From contig RDEW01000033.1 of assembly GCA_011109175.1 (NCBI GenBank), positions 124,001 to 188,000 of the forward strand: a DNA stretch of 64,000 bases. The letters are read 5' to 3'. This DNA comes from Dicyema japonicum (Eukaryota > Animalia > Dicyemida). Below, in pieces: positions 12,366-25,380 of the stretch (positions within the stretch are counted from its first letter, which is position 1; each line of letters opens with the position of its first letter). The position numbers and the translations under genes are program-made. The notes beneath the pieces are model-generated. The model did no database searches. It had not been told where the DNA came from and was given only the letters and a program-made list of their open reading frames with translations.

Positions 12366-13647
12366 ATGAAATTTACCTTTCTTTTTCTGATTTTTATTTT
12401 AACGAACTGTCAAAAATCTAAAACTTTAAAATACTTGAATATCGTAAAGATGGCTTTATAAAATTGCAGATATATAGGCATGGTGCTCAAAACCCAATTG
12501 GACAGGATGAGCTAAATCTCCCAAATTATGTGTATCGTTGGACATCTCATTTTGGACAACTCACAAACGTTTTGCTTTTCCGTTAAAATAAAGAATGCAA
12601 TTATGAAGCATTATGAACTCGGGAAATATATTAGAGAAACTTATCCGTTTTTACTTCCCTACAACTTATCAGATGTCAAGATACTGTCATCTGACACTGA
12701 ACGAACAATAATGAGCGCTCTAGCTAATCTGGCTGGGCTGTATCCTCCGTCAGTAAAAGACAGATGGAATCCGAGTCTCAATTGGACACCCGTTCCAGTT
12801 CACACAATTCCTGATATCGACGACAATGTATGTTGTTAGCGGTAAAAAAGATAATCTACATGGGATCTCCATGTCCTGCTTACGACAGGCTAGTGAATCA
12901 ACTGAAGCCAGTCTTCAATATAATTGACGAAGAAAATAGAGTAAGCCGATTAATTCCCTCAAAATAGGACTTTATATCAAAAGTTTCAAACTTGGCTGGA
13001 TATTCATATCTGAAATATCCAAAAATAGTAAATTACTTAGAAGGAATGTTTTGTGAAGTATTTTTTCTTTAACTTCAAGAAACCCGAGAATCTGGAGATT
13101 CCGTATTGGATAGATGACTCGATTACTTCAAAAATGAAAAACTTGTCAACGTTGAAGCATATGCTACTCCACGACAACAAACAATGAAGCGATTTCATGG
13201 GGTTTGATGTCATTTTTCATTGTAGGGCCAACTCATAAAAGAAATTATCAATTCTATGAAGGATAAGCGTGCTGACAAGCCAGGAATATATAAAAAGGCA
13301 ATTATATACTCGGGAGTTGGTGTAAAATATTTTATCATAGCATGGGTACACCTTAATGTCTCTTTTGGGGGCACTGGGGTGTTTTCAATGGAACTTTACC
13401 TGAATTTACGGCATGTATTTTCGTGGAACTTCATGAAATATATAACACGTGGTATGTAAGAATAGTCTACAGAATGAACAGCTCAAATATATCGATTCTT
13501 CAAATCCCTGGTATACTTCAATATTCCACCAATGTAGGGTGCGGGAAACTATGCGAGCTAGATAGATTTGAGGCACTGCTTTATGACATAATTCCAACTA
13601 ATTTTGAAGAAGAATGCAAATTTGGGGTTTCTAGAGGGTTTAACTAA
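12366..13647 (+). CDS. Secreted/lysosomal-type histidine acid phosphatase with altered catalytic motifs; apparent 1-bp deletion near 13396; 3' end approximate
   Basis: Signal peptide; IYRHGAQNP, FGQLT, SSDTERTIMSALANLAGLYPP, WTPVPVHT and IYSG-HGYTL; short introns. Confidence 0.85.
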
Positions 13648-14129
13648 ATACTAACAAGACATGGTGTTCACTAACAAAATTCATGAAAATTAAATCAATC
13701 AAAAATTTTTTAAAGCCACAATCCGCAAATTTTTGAAGTAGGATGGTCAATGATAAGAAAATATTGTGGCTCAACAAAATTTAAGAATTTAGGCAAGTTG
13801 AGGTGTCAATGTGCTCAATTCATAAAAATCTGAATTCGGAGTTGTAAAATGACTTCAGAGTTATATAGCACACAGGGGTCATGTGTAGAAAAAAGTAATT
13901 TAATTTAGATTTTTCACACTTTGTGGTGATGACAAAATTTCAGGAGAGATTTTGGTTGTGGAAGTTGGCATTATATCGCTAGACCGTTTGAGACGGTGGA
14001 GGTCAATAAGAAGTATAAACTTCTGATAATTGAAATTGGCATAATGAATAAGTCAAGCTCTTCGTCATGTGCGATGACGTATGAAGGATTTGTCACACAA
14101 GGAATATTTAAGGTGGTTTGGAGTTGATA

Positions 14130-15104
14130 NNNNNNNNNNNNNNNNNNNNNNNNNNNNNNNNNNNNNNNNNNNNNNNNNNNNNNNNNNNNNNNNNNNNNNN
14201 NNNNNNNNNNNNNNNNNNNNNNNNNNNNNNNNNNNNNNNNNNNNNNNNNNNNNNNNNNNNNNNNNNNNNNNNNNNNNNNNNNNNNNNNNNNNNNNNNNNN
14301 NNNNNNNNNNNNNNNNNNNNNNNNNNNNNNNNNNNNNNNNNNNNNNNNNNNNNNNNNNNNNNNNNNNNNNNNNNNNNNNNNNNNNNNNNNNNNNNNNNNN
14401 NNNNNNNNNNNNNNNNNNNNNNNNNNNNNNNNNNNNNNNNNNNNNNNNNNNNNNNNNNNNNNNNNNNNNNNNNNNNNNNNNNNNNNNNNNNNNNNNNNNN
14501 NNNNNNNNNNNNNNNNNNNNNNNNNNNNNNNNNNNNNNNNNNNNNNNNNNNNNNNNNNNNNNNNNNNNNNNNNNNNNNNNNNNNNNNNNNNNNNNNNNNN
14601 NNNNNNNNNNNNNNNNNNNNNNNNNNNNNNNNNNNNNNNNNNNNNNNNNNNNNNNNNNNNNNNNNNNNNNNNNNNNNNNNNNNNNNNNNNNNNNNNNNNN
14701 NNNNNNNNNNNNNNNNNNNNNNNNNNNNNNNNNNNNNNNNNNNNNNNNNNNNNNNNNNNNNNNNNNNNNNNNNNNNNNNNNNNNNNNNNNNNNNNNNNNN
14801 NNNNNNNNNNNNNNNNNNNNNNNNNNNNNNNNNNNNNNNNNNNNNNNNNNNNNNNNNNNNNNNNNNNNNNNNNNNNNNNNNNNNNNNNNNNNNNNNNNNN
14901 NNNNNNNNNNNNNNNNNNNNNNNNNNNNNNNNNNNNNNNNNNNNNNNNNNNNNNNNNNNNNNNNNNNNNNNNNNNNNNNNNNNNNNNNNNNNNNNNNNNN
15001 NNNNNNNNNNNNNNNNNNNNNNNNNNNNNNNNNNNNNNNNNNNNNNNNNNNNNNNNNNNNNNNNNNNNNNNNNNNNNNNNNNNNNNNNNNNNNNNNNNNN
15101 NNNN
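14130..15104. other. Assembly gap (run of N)
   Basis: 975 N bases. Confidence 1.
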
Positions 15105-15725
15105 AATGGATTCGGGGTTCATTTCACATGAGCATTTATCATAATGAGACCATATTCAGGTACATCAAATCCCGCGAGGAACACAAAGAAAAATATGTGG
15201 TTGCTGAGTTTGACTGAGATCACCTAATGTAGCCTTTTCTTTTTCCTAAATTTTAATTATTTAAGAATTCAACTGTAAACATAGAGAAATTCTTGTCATT
15301 AAAATGTTCTAGAATTAATAATCGCCTATTTACAAGTAGTCTACATTAACGTAATAAGAAACACAGTCTGAAGGTAATATGTTTCAGATACCCTTTAAGT
15401 GATCCGAAAAAGACATTAATTAATGAAGAAAGGATTTATGTTTTTAATGATGTGACTGACTTGAGTGAAGTCGTAAAGTGATTTATTTTACAGATTGTCT
15501 TCATAAACCCCAAAAAATGTATCTCTCGTTCTCCCTTTTACATGGACGAAAAGAAGAAGAAATGCTTCTGCAGTTCTCTGACGTGTAAGTTGAGTTGTAA
15601 AGAGAGAATAATAGACAGACTAAGAGTAAGATGAAGACTAACATTATTAGAGTGTTGTCAACCACTCAACCAACAAGATAGGATTTTGATAAATTTAAAT
15701 AAATTCATATTTCCTGATATTATTT

Positions 15726-15985
15726 TATGGTAGCGCAATGTAACGAGTTCTGTCAAGAGGCATGATGACCCTTAGTTCGAATCTCGCTGTTGTACACTCT
15801 GGCTAATGATTCCACGCATCTAAGATGCTTTGGCTTGAAGAGTGACGCCGTCATCAGTGAAAGTCTCACTGCGGAAAAGGATCGTCTACAAAACGACTTA
15901 CACTTTACATACAGAAATATGAAGTGAGGAATATCCCTTGGTCCTTCCTCTTCGATTAGTTACCATTACTGTTCTTTACTAAACT
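15726..15985 (+). mobile_element. SINE family A, copy 2
   Basis: TAGCGCAATG (A box), AGTTCGAATC (B box), GCATCTAAGATGC, GAGTGACGCCGTCATCAGTG...CACTGC and tail GATTAGTTA...ACTGTTCTTTACT. Confidence 0.85.
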
Positions 15986-16879
15986 AAATTTTTTGTCGTG
16001 CCTGGGAGAAATTATAGCTAATATGAATTATCCTCCTCTTGCATGAAAACGTCCTGTTTATATTTGATGACACTGAGAAGAGTCTTGTTCGACTATGCGA
16101 ATAAAATCCATGGAAATAAAGTAACTTCACGATTTCGTATTCGTGCATAAAATTTGTTTTATCAAAAGATTTAGCTTACACATTTTCTTTCACTATGTTA
16201 TCCGACAAGAGCTGCCAAAAGGTTTGTCACCCATGTCAGAAGATCCCTGAGGATTCCGAATAGAATCATAGCCCTTTTTTGTTGCCATACAATTGAGCAT
16301 CAACTAAATATAGGAGATATTAATGTAACTTTAGAATTTCATTTATACACACAAAGTAGAAATTCTTTATCTCCAAAAGATTATACTTGCATATTTTTTT
16401 CTTTCCTGATGATATCATTAAGAGAGCATACCATCCAGAAAAATCCGAATCTTCGCAAAAAGAGATCAACCACCTAAGCAGATGGTTAGAGTCAACATAG
16501 AATTACGCAATATTTAAACACTTTATCCAAAAAAGTGGACGATGTGGTGGTTGGCTTCGTTTGTTGATACATACTCTTCGAAAAATTTGACCGCTTCAGT
16601 CTCTGCCCCGAGTAATGCTCCTAAGCAAACAGAAAATCAGAAGATAATGAAGTATTGAAGCATTTCGAAATATCACATGTTCGTCTCATTTGCTATTAAG
16701 ACGTCTGGAATCCAATGCCCACAAACGGACGATCTACTCAGTCGAATCTGCTCAATGGTATAGAGGGTCACCAAGGATCCATGTGAGATTGGAAGAGTTT
16801 CTATTAGTTAAGCCTTGATTGATTTTACCTGTTAAGGAAAACCAACAATTTTAATTTTAAAAATTTTTCTCTTAAAGGA

Positions 16880-17150
16880 TCGATGTCAAAGTCTTCCATT
16901 TTTGTCTTCTGCACGCCAATCACCTTTTTATACAAAATTAAAATTTTATTTTTCTTCCGAAAAAAGAAAGAGATGTCAAGGTCACCATTTTTGTCCCATG
17001 CAACGCTAATCTCACGGTGATTTAGAATGATTAGTGGGGAAAGTTGTTTCTAGCACTTAAATCTATTAGCTCTAAAAATTATTAAATCTAGTACAGTAAA
17101 CTCTCTCAAATATGCCACTCTTAAATTTGCCATTTTTTATCGATTTTTTT
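16880..17150 (+). repeat. Imperfect ~40 bp duplicated unit plus a solo pogo-like TIR start
   Basis: GATGTCAA.GTC..CCATTTTTGTC occurs twice (about 16882 and 16974). TA-CAGTAAACTCTC at 17092 resembles the TIR at 42248. Confidence 0.45.
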
Positions 17151-17179
17151 TTTTCAATGATATGTACTAATAAGAAAAA

Positions 17180-20100
17180 TTTGGTTATATAAAAAATTTT
17201 TGTTGTTGTGGGGTTGTGCATGTCCGTTTCTAATCATACCGAGAAATCGAATCCTATAGGCCTTCCTGCAAAATCAAATAAAGAAGATAGAATAGTAGAA
17301 GCAGGACCGTCGTCTGTGGGGCTGGATAATGTCACAAGAACTAATATAACATCGTTGGGAATATTGGTGCCAAAACCAACTTGCATTCACTATCTGCCAT
17401 TATTGAAGAGGTCCACTGTGTCTCTGAAGCTGAGTGGGTATCTCAGATTTTTTTGCCACGAAACAAAGATTTGGAAGGATACCTAGAGGTGGCTGGAACC
17501 TCGTACTTAAAAAGTTCAATGAAAAGTACTCCAAGAGTTCCAGTCTATGTCAGCTAAAAAAGATGCTGAAACCTGAAAATCGGAATAACAATGTAAAAGG
17601 AGCGAATGTTTCAAAGTGCAAAATAATACTAATGTGGAAATTTCCACCTTCAGAAATTGCCTTGAGGAACTAAAAGTACAAATTGAGAAAATTAAGTTAA
17701 TTCCGAGGAATACTCGAAACCCAACCCCCAAAATTCAGAGAAACTATGACAGAGTTAATGTTTTGTCGAGACTAAATACGGCATATTGTATTACGAAAGA
17801 CAATCCGCTTCAGGATATCAATCAAATTACTGATATTCTATATGCTGCACAGTGTGCTTATATGGCTTTAACTGTGAAGGTTAAGCCGCAGAGTACGTGG
17901 TTGGAAAACATTGAGAAGAAAATCTCAAAGCTGACGACAGAACTAGAACTTGTCAATCGTTTTTTCCAAACAGGCTCTCTCTGTGTTTGAAAAACAAAAG
18001 GTTGTGGATGTTCTTTGTGCCTATGGATACAAAAGGGCCATAAAGGGGGAGGTTGCCAGGATTGAGGCTCTACTATGTGACCTTGTAAGAATTAAGAAGA
18101 AGCAAATAGCTGTACATTATTCGAGGAAGAACTTTCGTAAGGACAACTGTTGTTTTGAATTAAATCGAAGAAGATTTTATCGGAACCTATCAGCAAGCAA
18201 TGAAGTAACGTTATATGGTTTCGATGATGAGGATTGTATGTCGTTTTGGGAAAAAGTGTGGTCTAAAAGAAAAGAGATGAACGTGCCATATGACAGTGTG
18301 GGTAAAGTAAATACTGGTATTGAAGGCATGTTGCCAGAGTTCACAAATGAGTTTATCCTGGATGTTATTAAATGGCTCCCTGATTGGAAGGCGTGTGGAT
18401 GCGATGGCTCATATAACTTCTTTATTAAGAAAATGGAATCTTTACATGGCTTTTTATGTGCTGAGATTAACCGAATTATTAATGGGGAATATATGCCTGA
18501 AAGTTGGTTTTATACTGGAATAACCTATTTAATTCCTAAAAAGATGATTGTGAGACTCCTAATGACTTACGTCCTATGACCTAAAGATATTTGGGCTAAA
18601 AGAAGATACTGTTATTAAAATGATGAAAGTTGTTCGCGATTTCTTTTATGTTGCCGGCTTGGAGATGAATTCGGAAAAGTCATTTTCTAATGTTAAATCT
18701 TTATCATGTTGTGAGAATCTGGAAGGAGTCAGTGGATATCGATATTTGGGTGTTTTTGAAGATGAGGGAAGTAATGTTCTTAAAAGCAAAGTTATGGAGT
18801 CCATACTTGAAAATGTTAAAAAGAGAATAACCATGCTTTCAAAAACAAAGTTAAATTCTGTGAACTTATTTCGCGCAATAAATGAATACGCAATGTCCCT
18901 ATATAACTATTATATAGGATTAATTAATATTGAACCATACGAATTTGATAATATTGACCAACAAATACGCCAACTGCTTACGTCACTCAAGTTGCACCTC
19001 AAACCTGCAAATAAAGAGAGGCTGTATTTGGACAGGAAGACGTTTGGAGAGGACTTTCCTCGATTTCATTAAAGAGCGAATTAATACTTTTCCAGTTTTT
19101 TAAAAGTTTGGAAAAACAGTCGACTGTGTGTTTGCGAAGGTCGGGGATTCTGCGAGTAATAAAAACAAAAAAATGGCACTTGGCTACAATCGCAGGATTT
19201 CTTGCTCTAAATATGCAATTGCCGACAGGGAAAGCATGGATATTAAGTCCCTCAAGGACACTCAGAAAAAATATTTATTAAATAAAATTTATTGCAGAAC
19301 ACTACACTCAATTATGTTCAAATGTATTGATGAAACAAATGTCGACCTATATACTTCCTCAGAATGGTTATCCAAAGAAATAACGGCCCACGGAGCGAAG
19401 CATTGTACTGTCTTTTGCAAGATAGGAATTTGTTTTTTGCACACACGGGGTCATTATGCAACCATTGTAAAAAAAGCAAAAAACTGTTGATCATGGCCAC
19501 TCAGTGTGGAAAAATGCTAAATAGTGATTATCTCCGAAGACATAATGAAGTGGTAAAGTGCATCCATCTTCATCTTTGTCGAATTTATGGAATCAAAAGA
19601 AGCAGGAAATTGAAAGGACATTCGGTTCAGTCAATATTGACGAATCAAAATGTCGAAATTAGAGTTGACTCGTCGATTTTGACAGAAACAAAAGTCCAAT
19701 ACAATAAACCTGATATTTTCGTGTATGACAAAATAAAGAAGGAAGTAACGTTAATTGAAGTGGGGATTACCTCACAAGACCGACTAAAGCAAGTTGAAGT
19801 TGAGAAACTTCACAAATATGACTTGCTAGCAAATGAACTTTCGCTGCTCTATGAATGCCAAGTGAAGATTATTCCAGTGGTTTTGACATGGGATGGAGTT
19901 GTCTCAAGATGCTTCAAGAATCATATGGATAAATTATCTATTGAAGAATCAACGAGGACTTACATCCAATCGGTTGTGCTGAAGAGAACGCTCGAAAGTA
20001 TGCTCATTGAACATAAGCATGGGATGAAGGTATACGATGAAGAGTACGCCTCTGCTACCTCCCAACTTGTGGAACTGGCATGCCGTGAGGACAGCCCACT

Positions 20101-20240
20101 GGACTCTAACGGAGATATTTTGACTGAATCTGATGTGGAGATGCGGAGTAACAGGGAGGTTATGGCACACTCTTCTTCTAAGAGAAGAAGAGGGATTACC
20201 AACAATCTGGATCAAAATACGCTTAATTAGTTAATTTACT
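17180..20240 (+). mobile_element. RLE-type non-LTR retrotransposon (R4/Dong-like), frameshifted, RT core deleted
   Basis: WKACGCDG, TGITYLIPKK, YRYLGV, NLFRAINEY, zinc knuckle CNHCKK...TQC, RHNEVV and KPDIFVYD...LIEVGIT...EKLHKY (PD-(D/E)xK endonuclease). Confidence 0.92.
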
Positions 20241-20282
20241 CGTTATTATTTTTTTATTGTGGTTAATATATCCCAATATTAT

Positions 20283-20545
20283 ATAACCACCTGGATTCAA
20301 AATAACAAGCCTATCCTGAGATTTTGCAGATTTTATATTAAGTATGCTCCATAGAACTGAAATATATTTTGTTAGGGAGGTGGAAGACTTTTTTCAACTT
20401 CTGTGTCGTGCTATAAGGACTCTTCGCCTTCTCGGATGACATCTGTATTTCGAGAATTGACCTTCGGTGATTGTGTATCTATCGGATTCGAACCCAGGAT
20501 TGTCGGATCTGATCTCATCAGACGTTACATTCAGCCCATCTTATG
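20283..20545 (-). mobile_element. tRNA-headed SINE-like element (family C) with a 3' half related to family B
   Basis: Minus strand: TGGGCTGAATG and GGGTTCGAATCC; GTCTTCCACCT shared with the B copy at 34500; tail GGAT...ATCCAGGTGGTTATATAATA. Confidence 0.6.
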
Positions 20546-20674
20546 TTCCTTGGAATCTATAAGGTCAATTTTGATTCCTTAAGATAGGTTTGAAGTTTTT
20601 TAATTTAATAATTTTATTAAATAAATTATAAATTAATATTTTTAATAATTATAAAATTTCCATGCCAACTAATA

Positions 20675-21508
20675 ATGCCCAAAGTGAATGTTCCTCAATT
20701 AGACCTATCTGGCATTTCTGATTTAAATACTCCAGTATGCAGAGACAGATGTGAAATTTCTCAAAAAATAACTGAAATATGTCACCAGGAATTAAAACCA
20801 AACAAACAGACAATATTAAAACCTCGTGATTTTATGATTGAAACTTCAGCTGAATTAATTCCTCATATAAATCGTTACCAACCAAAACAAAGCATTCATC
20901 AAAGTCATAATATTGGAACAAAACTTGGTGGGAATCGAGGTAGTACAATCTCAAATTACCTCACAGGATATCTTGATCCTCCTAATCGAATGAAGAGTGT
21001 ACACCAAACTCTTTCAATCACACGTGAAGGTGCTAAAAACGCAATGAACAATTCTGGTGAAATAATTAAAGAGTACATGATCCACAAGACACATGTGCCA
21101 TCCCTAATGAAACAAGATAAATTTTCACAATTTTTGGTTCAGTCCCCAGTAAAACCAAAAGTTCAAAAATCTATTCCACCAAAACTTGACTTTACAGCAA
21201 TTTCAGGAGTGGAGATAACTAAGGAAATACCCCGAGTAAGAAAATTACATAAAGACTCCGACAATTGGATGAATAATTCATCAGTTCCACATTATGTTGA
21301 TTTTCCTGAAGAACCAATATCTTATACTCCAACAGTACCTCCATGGACAGAACAGACTAAAGAAATTTGCACTAAAAATTCACTATCTCGAGAAGGTTTC
21401 TTACAAGCATTTCGTGTCTCTGAGAAATGGCCTCCGGAAATGGATTGGGAAAGACCTTCTCCAAAATATGTTAACCAAACTTTTCTTAAAAAATCAGAAA
21501 ATTGGTGA
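20675..21508 (+). CDS. Intronless hypothetical protein, 277 aa
   Basis: Uninterrupted ORF between very AT-rich flanks; no TE motif and no domain I recognise. Confidence 0.65.
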   Translation: MPKVNVPQLDLSGISDLNTPVCRDRCEISQKITEICHQELKPNKQTILKPRDFMIETSAELIPHINRYQPKQSIHQSHNIGTKLGGNRGSTISNYLTGYLDPPNRMKSVHQTLSITREGAKNAMNNSGEIIKEYMIHKTHVPSLMKQDKFSQFLVQSPVKPKVQKSIPPKLDFTAISGVEITKEIPRVRKLHKDSDNWMNNSSVPHYVDFPEEPISYTPTVPPWTEQTKEICTKNSLSREGFLQAFRVSEKWPPEMDWERPSPKYVNQTFLKKSENW

Positions 21509-21699
21509 TTATAAATAAATATATTAATAATTTATTTAACTAGCATTATGAATTTAAAATTATAGATATTCTCGGATACACTTCCTAACTGCCACTCATA
21601 AATTTTATTAATTTTTTGGCTAATTTTATTGCTACTTTCATAATCTTTCTGCGAGAAAATTCATATTCACAGTTGTAGATGAGGTAGGAAATTCAGATT

Positions 21700-24540
21700 T
21701 ACAAAAAAAGCCTATTTTTAAAAGAAAGACACCGGACGCAGTTGACAAGAAATCACGAAATTGAAGAAAAAAAATTATCCGTCAAAAAACAGACAGATTA
21801 AGAACCGTTGCAATGAGAAGCCAACAAAATCAGGTAATTTTATTTATAAGGGTTATATGCCTACATATAAGGTTCTTGGTCAATTTTATTATAGGATGGG
21901 GTCACTACTCCCAAATGCAAGAGAGCAAGATAGTTTTTTACAAATATATTTTTTAGAAAGTTTTGAGGATCAGTCAACAAGAAGATTAGAAACAGAACCA
22001 CAATTACGTCAATCTATTATTAGCATGTTACAAGAACATAATTCATATATTTTATCTTTTAAGAGTGTTATGCTGACTACAAAAAAATGGACTACAAAGT
22101 AATTAATCATGCAGATAGGGCACTAACGGAAGTTCATGAAGGACGGTACAACACACCAAGCTCTAATCAGGTTGGGGTTTTAATAGTTGGGCAACAATAT
22201 GATAAACGAGATATTATCGCTAATCATAAAGACAGTGGACTACGAAGAATTTCAGAAACACATCGTTCATATGCTCTACAGTACTCTCTAATATTTTCAA
22301 GAGGGATAGATGGATATAATTTTAAGGTTATACATCGAAATCCATCGAAAGAACAGAAGAATATATACATCTAAGAGATGCGATTATTACTGGTGGTAAT
22401 GTTTCTGATATAGGTCAAATGACCATATTCCCCTCATCATTTACAGGAGGGCCAAGATATATGCATGAACGAACACAAGATGCAATGACTTACGTAAGAA
22501 ATTACGGTACTCCAGATTTATTCATTACGATTACGTGCAATCCTAAATGGCCAGAAATTATTGATAACTTATTTATAGGTCAAAAGTACGAGAATAGACA
22601 TGATATAATTGCAAGAGTTTTTAGACAGAAAATTATGAAACTGATAGATTTAATTACGAAGAGTCATATATATGGGAAGACACGATGCCATATGTATACA
22701 GTTGAATGGCAGAAAAGAGGAATCCCACATGCACACATTTTAATTTTGTTAGCTGAAAAAAATTAGGCCTACTGAAATTGACGACTGCATATCCGCGGAA
22801 ATTATAAATCCAGAAGAGGATCCAGAAATATATGAGACCATCAGGAAAAATATGATACATGGACCATGTGGAATTCTTAATAAGTTTTATCTATGTATGA
22901 AAGCTGGTACGTGTAGTAAAGGATACCCAAAAAAATTCCTTTATAACAGTTATACGGGAGAAATCGGGTATCTTTTTTACCGTAGGAGAAGGCCAATTGA
23001 TGAGGGATTTACAGTGACTATTAACGAAGGCAAGGTAAATGAAATAACAGTGGGGTGGGTAGTGCCATTTAGTTACTGTTATGTAAAATTTTTAATGTAT
23101 AATTTTGTAATTCAATTAAATATGTCTGCAAATACATCAACAAAGGGTCAGATCAGGCAGTTTTTACTATAGAAGGACGGATTGAGGTGACACAGTACAT
23201 GCATGGGAGATATATTTGCAGCACTAAGGCTGCGTGGAAAATTTTTGGATTTCCCATACATGATAGATATCTTTTGGTAATGCATTTAGGAGTACACTTG
23301 GAAAATGGATAAAGTTTACGTCAATGAAGAAAACGTAAAAGACCAAATACAAACCCCAAAGAATTCTACGCTTATGGCTTTCTTTTAACTTTGTACACAA
23401 GATACATTTGCAAAAACATTATTATATTGTGAAATTCCTAGATACTACACGTGGGAAACTACCGGTAAGAAATTCAAACAAAGAATAAGAGGAGAACCAG
23501 TGAATGGACATCCAGGGATTGTAAGTAGTGATGCAGTGGGCAGGGTATACACAGTTCACCCTAACAAATCAGAATGTTATTGTGTTAAGTTACTTCTGCA
23601 CACCATCCGAGGACCGAAATCTTTTTCTGATTTAAAGACAGTCGATTGAGTAATCTGCGCAACATATAGAGAAGCCTGTTTTAAATTGTGACTTTTAGAA
23701 GATGACAAAAGCTGGGACGACGCATTGACCGAAGCTGGGATTTTCAATATGCCATCACAGATTAGATATTTATTTACATTGATGTTGGCATATTGTAATA
23801 TATCAAATCTTCTACAACTTTGGGAGAAGCATAAAGAAATAATATGTGAGGATATATTAAAGAGGGACACAAAATCAGGCTTTGACAAGGACATTTTTAA
23901 TGAAGGATTACTAATCATTAATAGATTACTCGAATCAGTCATTGGGAAAATATTAATGAGTACGGGTTAACAGTCGAATACTAAAAATAATTTGGAATAT
24001 GAAAAATATGATTTAGAAGAACTATATCAAATACTAAAAGAAAGGGAACCGAATTTATTGAAAGGTCAATCAAGAATCTACATTGAAATAAACAAAAATA
24101 TTGAAGAAAATGATGGTAAGATATTTTTATAGATGCACCATAAGGTACATGTAAGACATATTTGTTAAATCTATTGTTAGCAAAGGCGAGATGCAATCAT
24201 AAAATAGTCATACCAGTTGCATCTGCAGGCGGCTACGCATTCAATGTTAAAAACATTTAATCTAGCAAGAGATATGGAGCCAGTTTGTAAAATTAAAGGA
24301 AATTCACTTATTGGGACTATTATACGTGATTGTAATCTAATAGTATGGGATGAGTGTACAATGGTAAGTAAAAGCATTTGAAGCAGTTGATAGAACTTTT
24401 CGCGACATAAAACACTCTGATATACCGTTTGATGGATCGGCATTAGTATTAGCAAGTGGTTTAGACAGACACTGCCTATTATTCAAAGGGGAACACCAGC
24501 AGATGAACTAATGCATGTCTGAAATCATCGTATTTGTGGA
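21700..24540 (+). mobile_element. Helitron remnant (Rep and PIF1-like helicase), many stops and frameshifts
   Basis: FTGGPRYM, YGTPDLFITITCNPKWPEI, VEWQKRGIPHAHIL (HUH motif), MIHGPCG, GRVYTVHP and helicase LIVWDECTM. Confidence 0.9.
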
Positions 24541-24639
24541 CTAGTTAGTCATTCAAGACTCTGTCCTCAAACATTAAATCCCCTCTCATGTATTATATAA
24601 TTATATACGTGCCACGTTCATATGATTTTGGTTACCAAT

Positions 24640-25200
24640 CTTTTCCAATATTTTCTGTTTGATACCAGACTTCTCAAATCACAGGGGTGTTTACCTTATA
24701 TGGATTATAGGTTATGTGAAGCATCTATTTAACGTTTCATTCTTTATTGGCAATTCAGTCATACAGAAGTTGTCTTTAGTGAAATGGTCAAGTCCTTCAC
24801 ATCGGTAATAAAGTCATAATTTTTCGATTTTTTGAATAAATACTAACCTGTTATCAACTTTTATGTCTTGTTCAATCAGGAATGTCATTTAAAAGGTTCT
24901 TCACATTGAAAAGACATACAAAGTGAGTCATTACAGTCTCTTTTTGCTCAGTAGGCTTTCCAATTGTTCTTCCATCTTGATCGTTAATGACAAGTGTCTC
25001 TGGATAGTTTCTTATTTCTATTTGTATTTTGGCCAGTAACAACTTAAAATACTTTTCTGTTGCTCGAATTTTTTTATTCTGCTCAAGTATGTTACTAGCC
25101 TATTTCAAAACTTTAATTCTCCACTGAATCGACAACTATTCACGTTTTAGTTTATTGGATTTGAAAATTATCGAATCTGACTTTTAAATCCTTTTGCACT
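24640..25200 (-). mobile_element. RTE-like LINE remnant (linker region joined to 3' end)
   Basis: LVINDQDGRTIGKPTEQKETVMTHFVCLFNV resembles LTIKDENGKLILNTKEQTEAIAAHFEKLFNI in the 35398 ORF. Confidence 0.55.
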
Positions 25201-25229
25201 CTAAAAAACTTTAGCACGTTTGGGTTGTT

Positions 25230-25380
25230 TTTTTATTTATTAACCCCGGATACACCGAGAAAGAAGTTAAAGTAAACAACTAATTAAGTGTATCCAGTTT
25301 CCACTTCCACAGAAACAAAGTCCATCAGAAATCAGCATAATGGGTAAACGTCCATTACATGCAGTTGTGGAAACCTTTTT
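25230..25380 (-). mobile_element. SINE family B, 3' portion
   Basis: Near-identical to 55655-55790 and 56850-56990, including the GGATACAC/GTGTATCC stem and AATAAATAA tail. Confidence 0.85.

Noticed and set aside
13971-15217. Three long ORFs in the track
   Set aside because: They span the N gap and are artefacts.
15360-16850. Exon-like stretches on both strands (e.g. GALLGAETEAVKFFEEY on minus)
   Set aside because: I could not build a consistent frame or recognise a family.
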